This document shows positions 18,777-31,623 of a stretch of DNA of 64,000 nucleotides, piece after piece (within the stretch, counting starts at the first letter, position 1; every line of letters begins with the position of its first letter). Source of the DNA: Alphaproteobacteria bacterium GWF2_58_20 (GTDB lineage Bacteria; Pseudomonadota; Alphaproteobacteria; UBA1247); assembly GCA_001768735.1 (NCBI GenBank), contig MEMB01000007.1, positions 23,612 to 87,611 of the forward strand, read 5' to 3'. Both the position numbers and the translations under genes were made by a program. Below the pieces are notes generated by a model. That model ran no database searches. It saw only the letters and a program-made list of their open reading frames with translations, and was not told the DNA's origin.

Positions 18777-19616
18777 ATGCCCGAGCTTCCGGAAGTTGAA
18801 ACCATCAGGCGGGGGCTTGTGGCGGCCCTTTGTGGCCAACGCATCCTGTCGGCTGAGTTGCGGCGGCATGATTTCCGGCGCAAGGCGCAGGCCGATATGG
18901 AGGGTCATCTTTCGGGACGTGGGCTTTCCGGCATTTCCCGGCGCGGCAAATACATGATCTTCCATTTTGAAGACGGAGGCGAAGCCCTGCTGGCGCATCT
19001 GGGGATGTCAGGGCGCTTTTTGTATTTTCCGCCGGGTGCCGGTGGTGGAGATGGGCGGCACGACCATCTTGTCCTGCATATGTCCGGCGGGGGGCGTGCC
19101 GTATTTTGTGATCCGCGCCGGTTCGGTTTTGTGGAACTTGTTCCGGAAGAAAAATTGCCAACGCATCCGGCGCTGGCGGTTCTCGGGATGGAGCCATTGT
19201 CCGGGGATTTTACGCCGCAGGCGCTGCTGCGGGTTCTCAAGGGGCGGACGTCCATCAAGGCGGCGCTGCTGGACCAGGGGCGCATTGCGGGCCTTGGCAA
19301 CATCTATGTGTGCGAGGCCCTTTTTGAGGCAGGGATTTCCCCGTTCCGCATGGCGGGAAGCCTCGGCAAGGCGGAAGGGGACAAACTGCATGCGGCGATT
19401 CGGGCGATTCTGGAGAGGGCGATTGCCGCCGGAGGCAGTTCTCTGCGGGATTATGTGCATGCGGATGGGAGTGTCGGACGCTTTCAGGAGCATTTTTCGG
19501 TTTATGGACGTACCGGGCAGCCGTGTCCCCGTTGCCATTTGCGGCGCGGAGGGGTAGTTTCACGAAAGGTCCAGTCGGGACGCTCGAGTTTTTTCTGCCC
19601 CTCATGCCAGGAGTGA
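18777..19616 (+). CDS. mutM: Formamidopyrimidine-DNA glycosylase
   Basis: MPELPEVET, HLGMSG, AGLGNIY and a C-terminal zinc finger CPRC...FCPSCQ. Confidence 0.97.
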   Translation: MPELPEVETIRRGLVAALCGQRILSAELRRHDFRRKAQADMEGHLSGRGLSGISRRGKYMIFHFEDGGEALLAHLGMSGRFLYFPPGAGGGDGRHDHLVLHMSGGGRAVFCDPRRFGFVELVPEEKLPTHPALAVLGMEPLSGDFTPQALLRVLKGRTSIKAALLDQGRIAGLGNIYVCEALFEAGISPFRMAGSLGKAEGDKLHAAIRAILERAIAAGGSSLRDYVHADGSVGRFQEHFSVYGRTGQPCPRCHLRRGGVVSRKVQSGRSSFFCPSCQE

Positions 19617-19624
19617 AACGGAAG

Positions 19625-19996
19625 ATGCGCTTTGTTGTTCTTGTTGCTTGCGGAATTTTGTTGTCCCTGTCACCGGTTAGGGCTGGTGAGACGGCTTACC
19701 TGTCCACCATGGAAGATGTTCCCCTTTTGCCGGGACTTTTTGAAGTTCCGGAAGAAGGCATGGTGTTTGACCAGCCGGAAGGGCGGATTGTTCTGGCTGT
19801 CGCACGCTGCGAATCGTGCGGGGAAGAGGTGGCATCCTATTATGGGGGGCTTTTGCCAGCCCTTGGATGGCAGACAGAGGATGCTTCGGGCGGGCTTGTG
19901 TTTCTGCGGGATGGAGAGCGCCTTGTCATTGATGTGCAGGCCGCCGTGGATGGGGGCAGTGTGGTTTCCTTTACCTTGGCGCCGGGGGGCATGTGA
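19625..19996 (+). CDS. Conserved hypothetical exported protein
   Basis: Signal peptide; EDVPLLPGL...FDQPEGRIV...LPALGW...FLRDGERL; TGATG coupling to the next gene. Confidence 0.7.
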   Translation: MRFVVLVACGILLSLSPVRAGETAYLSTMEDVPLLPGLFEVPEEGMVFDQPEGRIVLAVARCESCGEEVASYYGGLLPALGWQTEDASGGLVFLRDGERLVIDVQAAVDGGSVVSFTLAPGGM

Positions 19997-20772
19997 TGTC
20001 TGAAGAAATGGTGGTTCTGGAAAAGCATGGCCGGGTTGGTTCTTTGGAAATGAGCCGGACGCAGCAGGGTGGACAGGTTTGTCTCGAAATGTTGCAGGGG
20101 CTGGTGAAGGCTTTTGCCGATTGCGATGCCGATCCGGATATTGGGGCCATTTTGCTGACCGGTTCAGAAAAGGCGTTTGCCACCGGTCCTGATGCGGCAG
20201 AAATGCTGGCGGTGGATTTTGCGTCCGGGCTTGTGCGGGATGAGGTCTCTGACCTATGGCAGGCGCTTGCGTCACATCGCAAGCCCTTGGTGGCCGCAGT
20301 TTCTGGCTATGCCATGGGGGCTGGATGCAGCCTTGTCCTTCTTTGTGATGTTGTGGTGGCTTCTGAAACCGCGCGTTTCGGGCAGCCGGATTTGACCATG
20401 GGATCATTGCCTGCGGTGGGAACCCTTAATCGTCTGGCGCGAATCGTTGGGCGAATCAAGGCCATGGACATGGCCTTGACGGGCCGGATCATGACGGCGG
20501 ATGAAGCGGAACTGGCGGGTCTTGTGAGCCGGATTGTCCCGGCGCCGGATCTGGCCGATGAGGCCCGGGAACTGGCGGAACGCATCGCCTCCATGTCGCT
20601 TCCCCTGGTTCTCATGGCCAAGGAATCCATTGACAAGGCTTCGGAAACCGGCGTTTTGGAAGGGCAGGTTCATGAACGTCGCCTGATCGAGGAATCCCGT
20701 GTCCTTGATGACCACCGGGAAGGCCTTTCTGCGGTTTTGGAAAATCGGCAGCCCGCTTTCCAGAATAAGTGA
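19996..20772 (+). CDS. Enoyl-CoA hydratase/crotonase family protein (divergent active site)
   Basis: KPLVAAVSGYAMGAG, CDVVVASETARFGQP, LTGR.MTADEA...GLVSR; conserved position upstream of rpsT. Confidence 0.85.
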   Translation: MSEEMVVLEKHGRVGSLEMSRTQQGGQVCLEMLQGLVKAFADCDADPDIGAILLTGSEKAFATGPDAAEMLAVDFASGLVRDEVSDLWQALASHRKPLVAAVSGYAMGAGCSLVLLCDVVVASETARFGQPDLTMGSLPAVGTLNRLARIVGRIKAMDMALTGRIMTADEAELAGLVSRIVPAPDLADEARELAERIASMSLPLVLMAKESIDKASETGVLEGQVHERRLIEESRVLDDHREGLSAVLENRQPAFQNK

Positions 20773-20873
20773 CTTGACTTGCGCGGCAACCACCCTGTAT
20801 AAGCCCCCCCTGTCGCCGCCTTTCAATGTGTGCGGCGGAGTTTTTGGATTCATCTCAGCTATCAAGGGTCAAC

Positions 20874-21137
20874 ATGGCTCAACATCAGTCAGCAAAGAAG
20901 CGGGCACGCCGCACCATCCGGGCAACGGGCGTCAACAAGGCGCGTGTGAGTCGTATCCGTACCTATGTGAAAAAGGTCGAGGAAGCCATCACCAAGGGTG
21001 ATAGCGCCGCCGCCAAGGCAGCCCTGCAGGTTGCCCAGCCGGAAATGCATCGTGGCGCCCTCAAGGGTGTCTTGCATCCCAATACGGTTGGACGCAAGCT
21101 TTCCCGTCTTGTGGCCCGCATCAAGAAGCTGGGCTAA
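20874..21137 (+). CDS. rpsT: 30S ribosomal protein S20
   Basis: [14 protein letters not shown]...[11 protein letters not shown]...[16 protein letters not shown]. Confidence 0.97.
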   Translation: MAQHQSAKKRARRTIRATGVNKARVSRIRTYVKKVEEAITKGDSAAAKAALQVAQPEMHRGALKGVLHPNTVGRKLSRLVARIKKLG

Positions 21138-21172
21138 GGCGTCTTTTCGCCAAAGTGGCGTTTTGCGGAATC

Positions 21173-21200
21173 CGCGGCACACGCTTGCGTGTGTGCCGCG
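21173..21200 (+). terminator. GC-rich hairpin after rpsT
   Basis: CGCGGCACACGC-TTGC-GTGTGTGCCGCG inverted repeat. Confidence 0.5.
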
Positions 21201-21249
21201 ATACGCATTTAAGTTATTGATAAAAAAATCAAAAAATCACTTGCCTGCC

Positions 21250-21258
21250 TGTGGATAA
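21250..21258. promoter_or_regulatory. DnaA box in the dnaA promoter
   Basis: TGTGGATAA, a perfect reverse complement of TTATCCACA, about 60 nt upstream of dnaA. Confidence 0.75.
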
Positions 21259-21317
21259 CTGTTTTATGACCTTTCTTGTCTCAATTTTTTCGGGCAGGTG
21301 TTTAGGGGGTCTCTTTC

Positions 21318-22703
21318 ATGCAGGAAACCATCAGGGCGGAATGGCGGCAGGTCTGTGACCTCATGCGCAGGGACATTGGTGAAAGTGATGTCCGCTTTTG
21401 GCTTGAGCCGTTGGAAATTGCCCCCGTTGAGAATCAAGATGGCCACCTGAAAGTTGTTCTGCTGGCACCCAATACGTTTGTGCGTGATTCGGTGGACCAG
21501 AAGCATGGAGACCAGCTGGGACGTATCTGGCGCAACATCAATCCGGAGGTGGTGCGCGTGGCGTTTGGGGTGCGCGATGCAGGTGCCAGCCCGGATGAGC
21601 TTGGCAAGAACAAGAAAAAAGCCCAGCCTGCCGGGAAGAAGGGTTCCGCATTGGCGGATCAGAATGATGGTCTGGAATCCTTCGGGATTCCGGTGGATCC
21701 CCGATATACTTTTGCCAATTTTGTGGTTGGGAAACCCAACGAATTTGCCGTTTCTGCCGCCCGGCGCGTTGCCGAATCGCCCGAGATCAAGTTCAATCCC
21801 CTGTTTCTTTACAGCGGCGTCGGCCTTGGCAAGACGCATCTCATGCATGCCATTGCCGATTCGGTTCGTCAGCAGACTCCAGAACGTCGGGTGCTTTACA
21901 TTTCCGCCGAGAAGTTCATGTACCACTACGTGCATGCGCTCCGCTCCAACAGCGCGCCGGATTTTCGGGCCAAGATGCGCAGCGTGGACGTTCTGCTGGT
22001 GGATGACATCCAGTTCATCTGCGGCAAGGAAGCCACACAGGAAGAATTTTTCAACACCTTCAACGATCTGGTGTCGCGCAACCGGCAGATCGTCCTTTCG
22101 GCCGACCGCAGCCCGTCCGATCTCGACCAGCTCCAGGAGCGTGTCAAATCCCGCCTCAACTGGGGCCTTGTCGCCGACATCCACAAGACCACCTATGAAC
22201 TGCGACTGGGTATCCTTGCCGCCAAGGCGGATGCGCGCAGCGTTTTTGTGCCGCAGGATGTCATGGAATTTCTGGCCCACCGGATTGATTCCAACGTCCG
22301 CGAGCTGGAAGGGGCCCTCAATCGCATCATCCATTACGCTGACCTCATCGGACAGCCGATAGCCCTCTCCACCTGTGAGGAGGTTTTGCGCGACCTGCTG
22401 CGGTCCAGCCAGAGGATTCTGACCATTGAGGATATCCAGCGCAAGGTGGCGGAGCATTACAGCATCCGGATTGCCGACCTGTCTTCAGACCGGCGTGCGC
22501 GGGCAGTGGCCCGGCCCCGGCAGGTTGCGATGTTCCTGTGCAAGGCGCTCACCTCCCTCTCCCTGCCCGAGATCGGGCGCAAGTTTGGCGGCCGTGACCA
22601 CACCACGGTCCTGCATGCGGTTCGCAAGGTTGAGGAGTTGATGGAGCTGGATCAAGTCATGGCCTCGGATGTCGCCATGCTGCGTCGAACCCTTTCAGAC
22701 TGA
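21318..22703 (+). CDS. dnaA: Chromosomal replication initiator DnaA
   Basis: [60 protein letters not shown]. Confidence 0.98.
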   Translation: MQETIRAEWRQVCDLMRRDIGESDVRFWLEPLEIAPVENQDGHLKVVLLAPNTFVRDSVDQKHGDQLGRIWRNINPEVVRVAFGVRDAGASPDELGKNKKKAQPAGKKGSALADQNDGLESFGIPVDPRYTFANFVVGKPNEFAVSAARRVAESPEIKFNPLFLYSGVGLGKTHLMHAIADSVRQQTPERRVLYISAEKFMYHYVHALRSNSAPDFRAKMRSVDVLLVDDIQFICGKEATQEEFFNTFNDLVSRNRQIVLSADRSPSDLDQLQERVKSRLNWGLVADIHKTTYELRLGILAAKADARSVFVPQDVMEFLAHRIDSNVRELEGALNRIIHYADLIGQPIALSTCEEVLRDLLRSSQRILTIEDIQRKVAEHYSIRIADLSSDRRARAVARPRQVAMFLCKALTSLSLPEIGRKFGGRDHTTVLHAVRKVEELMELDQVMASDVAMLRRTLSD

Positions 22704-22824
22704 CGTAAAGCCGTTCTGGATACATGTCGCCAGAATTTTGGACGCGCATGGAAACATTTCCTGCCAGGCTGGGGATGTTTTTTCTGGGGTGCGTGGGGGA
22801 ACCGGATCCGGGATCAGGATTTTA

Positions 22825-24006
22825 TCAGGCCTTTACGGCCATGACGGCGGGATCTTCGGGCTGCTCATGTCGCCGGGCAAAATCCACAACCTTTTCCCGC
22901 ATGTCGGGCCAGCCTTCCATCAGCGTATCAAAATCATCCAGATCCAGCACCAGAAGCCGGCAGGGACGGGTGGCCGTCACGTTGCGGGAGCGTTTGGCTT
23001 CGCGGTCGATCAGGTTGACATCCCCGAAGAAATCGCCTTCGTGCAGCAGGGTGGTGTGTCCGCCGGGCAAATCGATTTCCACCTCGCCGGCGGTGATGAA
23101 ATAGACGGCTTCCGGTGTTTCACCGCGCCGGATGATGACGTAACGGGCGGGGACGACCAAGGGTTTGAGAAGGCCGGTGATCTGGGTGAGACGGCTGGCA
23201 TCCAGGTCGGCGAACAGGGGGACGCGGGAAACAATGCTGAAGGTGACGATGAAATTCTGCTTGCCGATCTCGCGGGCGAAACCGGTGGCAAGAATGGCGG
23301 CTGGCAGGGAAATCATGCTGACGCCGGCAATGGAGACTATGCCGCCCAGGATCTTGCCCAGGGGCGTGATGGGAACGATGTCGCCATAGCCCAGGGTGGT
23401 GATGGTGCTGACGGCCCACCACATGGCATTCGGGATGCTGTTGAAGGCCTTTGGCTGGGCACGGCATTCCAGCCCCCACATGAGGGTGGCAGATGATATC
23501 AGGATGGAAACCATGATGAAGCTGGCGGCGATGACCGTTCGGCGTTCGGCCCTGATGACGTCGCCCAGGGTGCGCAAGGCGGAGGAATAGCGGGCCAGCT
23601 TGAGCATGACGAAGATATGGCTGGTATAGGCAATGATGGTGTGTCCAGGCAGGAAGATGGCACAGGCCAGGGGTGTCAGGGCCAGCAGGTCAACCAGGGC
23701 CATGGGGGTGATGAGGTAATGGAGGCGCCCGGTTGTACGCCGGTTGAAGCGCCTGGAACGATCTTCCGGTGCGCTCCACAGGCGCAGGATGTATTCCAGC
23801 GTGAAAACGGTCATGGACATGCTGGAGATGAGGCGGAACAGGGCCTGCCAGATGCCGCCAAGAGCATCGGATGTGCCGATGATCATGGTGGAGATGTCCA
23901 CAAAGATGAAGGAAAAGATGATGCCTGTCAGTCCCCATTCCAGCGGTGTCTCAATGCTGGTGGGGTCCAGGAGTTCAAAAACCCTGCGTCTCAGGCGTCG
24001 TTTCAT
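22825..24006 (-). CDS. 6-TM cyclic-nucleotide-gated potassium channel (ion transport + cNMP-binding domain)
   Basis: Pore MWWAVSTITTLGYGD; C-terminal IIRRGE...YFITAGEVEI...GDFFGD...RSRNVTA. Confidence 0.9.
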   Translation of the reverse strand: MKRRLRRRVFELLDPTSIETPLEWGLTGIIFSFIFVDISTMIIGTSDALGGIWQALFRLISSMSMTVFTLEYILRLWSAPEDRSRRFNRRTTGRLHYLITPMALVDLLALTPLACAIFLPGHTIIAYTSHIFVMLKLARYSSALRTLGDVIRAERRTVIAASFIMVSILISSATLMWGLECRAQPKAFNSIPNAMWWAVSTITTLGYGDIVPITPLGKILGGIVSIAGVSMISLPAAILATGFAREIGKQNFIVTFSIVSRVPLFADLDASRLTQITGLLKPLVVPARYVIIRRGETPEAVYFITAGEVEIDLPGGHTTLLHEGDFFGDVNLIDREAKRSRNVTATRPCRLLVLDLDDFDTLMEGWPDMREKVVDFARRHEQPEDPAVMAVKA

Positions 24007-24085
24007 GGCGCCGACTTTGGAAAAACGTGCATCATGCAACGATTTTTGCCCTATTTTCCGCCACTTGTCCAGACTTCTCCGGAAA

Positions 24086-24117
24086 TGTGGAAAAAAAAGT
24101 GGTTTGAATGTGGAAAA
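24086..24117. promoter_or_regulatory. Two DnaA-box-like sites upstream of dnaN
   Basis: TGTGGAAAA at 24086-24094 and 24109-24117; the reverse complement TTTTCCACA fits TTWTNCACA. Confidence 0.5.
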
Positions 24118-24240
24118 TCGTAGGCTTTTGATGCGGGTGTGCTATAATGGCAAACGTTAAGGGATGTTATTCACTAACATCCTGTAAAACAAAGATAAAA
24201 GACCTTCTTTTCTGGATTGTGACATTCAAGGTGACACAGC

Positions 24241-25356
24241 ATGAAAATCACGATTGAACGCGAAGCCCTTCTCAAGGCCCTTGGCCATGCCCAGAGCGTT
24301 GTTGAACGCCGGAATACCATTCCGATCCTTTCAAACGTCCTGCTTCGGGCAAATGGGGAAAAGCTGGCCCTGACCGCCACCGATATGGATATCGAGATTG
24401 CCGAGGCGGTTTTGTCTCAGGTGGATGAGGCGGGAGAGACGACGGTTCCTGTCCACATGCTTTACGACATTGTCCGCAAGCTGCCGGATGGTTGCCAGGT
24501 TGGCCTGGAAGGTGATGACGCGCATGGCATGAAGATCAAGTCCGGCCGTTCCAACTTCCGTCTTGGGTGTTTGCCGGTTGCGGATTTCCCGCAGATGGCA
24601 GGCGGCGAGATGTCACACAGTTTTGTGCTTGCGGCCACGGAACTCCGGGCGCTCATTGATCGCACGAAATTCGCGATTTCCACCGAGGAAACGCGCTATT
24701 ACCTCAATGGCATCTACCTGCATGCGGCCACGGGCGGGGAATTCCCTGTCCTGCGGGCGGCGGCCACGGACGGCCATCGCCTTGCGCGTGCGGAAAGCCC
24801 CTTGCCGCAGGAAGCTGCGGGCATGCCGGGCATCATCATTCCGCGCAAGACCATTCAGGAATTGCGCAAGCTGGTGGAGGATGCCGGGGGAGAAGTGACT
24901 TTGTCCCTGTCGGAAACCAAGATCCGCTTCGCTTGCGGGGATACGGTGCTGACATCGAAACTGATTGATGGGTCGTTTCCGGATTATGAACGGGTCATTC
25001 CGACAGCCAACGACAAGCAGGTCGAGCTGGATCCGAAGGTGTTTGCGGCGGCAGTGGACCGTGTGGCCATCATTACCTCCGACAAGTCCCGGGCGATTCG
25101 CATCAGCCTCGATCCGGGGCTGCTGGTGATTGAGGCAACCAGCGCGGAAAATGGCAGCGCCCGCGAGGAAATCGACATTTCCTATGATGGTTCGCCCCTG
25201 CAGATCGGGTTCAATGCCCGCTACCTGCTGGAAATCATGCAGCAGGTGCAGGGGGATGTGTGCCGCCTGTCCATGGCGGATGCTTCCATGCCGACCATCA
25301 TTCAGGATGTTGCGGACGAAAGCGCGGTTTATGTCCTGATGCCGATGCGGGTTTAA
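24241..25356 (+). CDS. dnaN: DNA polymerase III beta sliding clamp
   Basis: VERRNTIPILSNVL, ISTEETRYYLNG, ATDGHRLA, LIDGSFPDYERV, VLMPMRV. Confidence 0.98.
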   Translation: MKITIEREALLKALGHAQSVVERRNTIPILSNVLLRANGEKLALTATDMDIEIAEAVLSQVDEAGETTVPVHMLYDIVRKLPDGCQVGLEGDDAHGMKIKSGRSNFRLGCLPVADFPQMAGGEMSHSFVLAATELRALIDRTKFAISTEETRYYLNGIYLHAATGGEFPVLRAAATDGHRLARAESPLPQEAAGMPGIIIPRKTIQELRKLVEDAGGEVTLSLSETKIRFACGDTVLTSKLIDGSFPDYERVIPTANDKQVELDPKVFAAAVDRVAIITSDKSRAIRISLDPGLLVIEATSAENGSAREEIDISYDGSPLQIGFNARYLLEIMQQVQGDVCRLSMADASMPTIIQDVADESAVYVLMPMRV

Positions 25357-25365
25357 GAAACCGGA

Positions 25366-29003
<3,638 letters not shown>

Positions 29004-29030
29004 TTCAAAACGGGCTGGTTTGTGACTTGC

Positions 29031-29069
29031 AAAAAAGGGGAGACGGCTTGCGGGCCATCTCCCCTTTTT
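29031..29069. terminator. Bidirectional Rho-independent terminator between gyrB and the convergent lectin-fold gene
   Basis: AAAAAAGGGGAGA-CGGC...GCCA-TCTCCCCTTTTT hairpin with A and T tracts. Confidence 0.8.
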
Positions 29070-29092
29070 GTTTTCTTTTAGCGCAGGTTGGA

Positions 29093-30106
29093 TCAGGGCG
29101 TGTCCAAGTGGCTCGCTTCATCCGGCGTTGGTGGGTTGTTCAGGGCGCAGCGGCAACCCGCGCTTGTTACGGCATAATCGGCTGTGAAGGCGAAAATGCC
29201 GCGGGAGGCACTAATGCCGCGGGTGATGTAGGCATAAAAACCTGCTGCAGTGCATGTTGACCGTTGATAGAAATTGCCAGCATTGTTGGCAGTTGTATAG
29301 CTGCTGGAAGGTTTGCAATCTGTCGTGGAGGGAGTGAAGGGAACTGCGGATGTTTCCTTTGTGGTGGCTACTGTATTGGAATAGCAGCGGCAATTGTATC
29401 CGGTGTAATAGGTGGAATCAGCCACACATCCTGTGCTGGCGTTGTTGATGCCGACCCGGATCTGTCCGGTGCCCGTAGCTCCGGTACGGCCATCGTCGGC
29501 GTAAGTCCATTCGCCCCGACCGCCAGCGATATCCCAGAGGACTTCGCCGGTGGAAGTCACCATGGTGCGGCGGTTGAACTGGTCATAGCCTGGTGTGGGT
29601 GCATTGTGGTAGCCATTGACGTCATTAGTCGAGGAAGCTTCCGCGGTGGACAGGCCATAGAAGAGCTTTCCTGAGCCAACGGCACCTCCGCTCCAGTTGG
29701 CGGGCTGATCCACAATATCCTGGGTGATGCGGTTCCATTGGCTTTCCTTGATCATGTCATAGCCGGGACCGATGGCCTGGCAGGCGCTGCGGCAGCTGGC
29801 CCAGCTATAAGTGTCCGAAAGCTGGCCGGCGGCAGGTGTGGCAGGGGAGGTGCCGGACATTTCATATTTTGAGACGGCAAAGGCGGGCACGGTAAAGCCA
29901 CTGACGTTGCTTTCCGGCAGATACACCCACTCGGAGTGGGTGGGGGTGGTGACTGTCAGGGTGTAAGCCTGTTCAGCGGATTGTCCCAGCTGGTTGGAGA
30001 CCCGCAGGCGGACGGGAAAGGTTTCCTGCGCAAGGGCGGGCAAAGCCGCCATGGCGATGCAGAAGGTGCTCGCAGCGAGAACGCTGGAACGAAGCCGATG
30101 GGACAT
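29093..30106 (-). CDS. Secreted protein: N-terminal Ig-type beta-hairpin + FGE-sulfatase/C-type-lectin (Mtd-like) domain
   Basis: AGGAGA RBS; signal peptide ending ALA; FAVSKYEM, C..AC..IG.GY.MI.E.QW, LWDIAGGRGEWT and terminal GCRCA. Confidence 0.72.
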   Translation of the reverse strand: MSHRLRSSVLAASTFCIAMAALPALAQETFPVRLRVSNQLGQSAEQAYTLTVTTPTHSEWVYLPESNVSGFTVPAFAVSKYEMSGTSPATPAAGQLSDTYSWASCRSACQAIGPGYDMIKESQWNRITQDIVDQPANWSGGAVGSGKLFYGLSTAEASSTNDVNGYHNAPTPGYDQFNRRTMVTSTGEVLWDIAGGRGEWTYADDGRTGATGTGQIRVGINNASTGCVADSTYYTGYNCRCYSNTVATTKETSAVPFTPSTTDCKPSSSYTTANNAGNFYQRSTCTAAGFYAYITRGISASRGIFAFTADYAVTSAGCRCALNNPPTPDEASHLDTP

Positions 30107-30121
30107 GGGACAATCTCCTGT

Positions 30122-31522
30122 TTATTCGACCGTGATGGTGAAAATTTGTGTGGCAGTGGCACCGGATGCGTCGTGGATCGTCAGGACAACCGAATGGCTT
30201 CCGGCCGGGGCATTGTTGCCGGAAAGGGTTCCCGTGCGCAGCCAGTTGCCGTTGTAGGTAAAGGAAAGCCATGCGGGCAGGGTGGTGGCTTCCATGACCA
30301 CAACGTCCACGGTGTTGTCGTCCTCGGCGCTGGCCGTATAGTTGAAATCGCTGCCAATGGCAACGGTGCTGGATGGCGCGGAGCTGGTGAAAGTGGGCGC
30401 GGTATTGGCCTCGGGCGGGGTGGGGGGAACACCGGCGATGACCAGCTTTCCAGCCTCGTTGAAATCATGCGCGAAGCTTTGCTGGATACCCAGCCATTCC
30501 GGCGCTTCAACGAGGTTGGCCATGAGGAGGATGTCGGCGTGGCCGGCATTGGCCGTGAAATCATATGTGTATATTCTGCCATGCTGTGCGGCGGTGGGCG
30601 CGGATGTTGTGATGGTGGGGGCATCCGTTCCGACAAAATTGCGTTGGGGGATTCCCGAAATTACGAAGTTCCCGGATTCATTGAAATCACTTCCGAATGT
30701 CTGCTGGATATGGAGCCATTCCGGTGCTTGTACCAGTGTCGGGAACAACATGGCGGAGGTGCTGCCAGCATCGGCCGTAAAATCATAGTTGTATGGCATG
30801 CCTTCCTGTGCAGCGATGGGCGCGGATGTTGTGATGGTGGGAGGGGAGAGGGTGAAGGGCACAGATGGGTAGGAGCCGGAGAGCTGTGCCGTCCAGTCGC
30901 CGTTGTCGATGAAGGTGAGCCATGGAGGGAAATCGAGCGCTTCAAGGGCCAGGATGGCAGCTGGGTTTCCGGAATAGGCTTCAACCAGATATCCATAGGG
31001 AAATCCGGTATAGGCCACGGTTTGCGGTGTGGAGGCAAACATGATTCCGTCTTCCGCCAGTGTGGAGACCAGCCATGTTGCGGTAGTGCCGTCGCCAAGG
31101 TGGAAAAGGATGGTGAAGCTTGTGCCTCGCGTGTCGGGGCTGGTGGCTGTCAGCATGACTACGGATGATTCCGTAATATCCACCGGAGCATCCCCTGCTG
31201 CGTACAGTGTGCCATCCAGAAGGAAGGTGGCGGTGGCTTCGGCAGGGGCTTCAAGCCAGGCTGTGGTCGGTGCGGCAAGGCCGGTCAGATAGGTGTTTTC
31301 AGAGGAGACAATGCTGGAAGGAGTGGGAGATATGGCCGGTGGGAAGACAAGCGCGAATCCTTCATCCTGTGTGTTCCCGGCACTTTGTGGGCAAACAGAA
31401 TCCGTATTGTAATCACAGATCTTTTTGCGGATGCGATAGCGCAGGGATGCGGCTTCTGATGGTGTGGATAATGCTGCGGAGAGCAGAATGATTATCAGCA
31501 CGGCCTTGAGTGAAGATTTCAT
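30122..31522 (-). CDS. Secreted putative-Ig (He_PIG/cadherin-like) repeat protein
   Basis: GGAGGAG RBS; signal peptide; four repeats of P(T/M)(I/F)...G..Y.Y...A...P.WL...SG; the last ends VVLTIHDASGATATQIFTITVE. Confidence 0.78.
   Translation of the reverse strand: MKSSLKAVLIIILLSAALSTPSEAASLRYRIRKKICDYNTDSVCPQSAGNTQDEGFALVFPPAISPTPSSIVSSENTYLTGLAAPTTAWLEAPAEATATFLLDGTLYAAGDAPVDITESSVVMLTATSPDTRGTSFTILFHLGDGTTATWLVSTLAEDGIMFASTPQTVAYTGFPYGYLVEAYSGNPAAILALEALDFPPWLTFIDNGDWTAQLSGSYPSVPFTLSPPTITTSAPIAAQEGMPYNYDFTADAGSTSAMLFPTLVQAPEWLHIQQTFGSDFNESGNFVISGIPQRNFVGTDAPTITTSAPTAAQHGRIYTYDFTANAGHADILLMANLVEAPEWLGIQQSFAHDFNEAGKLVIAGVPPTPPEANTAPTFTSSAPSSTVAIGSDFNYTASAEDDNTVDVVVMEATTLPAWLSFTYNGNWLRTGTLSGNNAPAGSHSVVLTIHDASGATATQIFTITVE
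30403..30844 (-). repeat. Intragenic tandem duplication, period about 222 nt (74 aa)
   Basis: CGGATGTTGTGATGGTGGG occurs at 30601 and 30823; the peptide pattern PTITTSAP.AAQ.G..Y.YDFTA.AG...LV.APEWL.IQQ.F..DFNE.G..VI.G.P occurs twice. Confidence 0.85.
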
Positions 31523-31623
31523 GCAACTCCTCCCATCTGTGATGGAAATCATAGGAGGTTTCCAAGAAAATCACAAGCGATGAAAAACATGGCGGAAATG
31601 ATCACGCAAGAAAAAAGGGAGCC

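Noticed and set aside
21138..21317. oriC at dnaA
   Set aside because: There is only one perfect DnaA box and a short AT-rich stretch, which fits autoregulation. Alphaproteobacterial origins often lie away from dnaA, and GC skew could not be computed.
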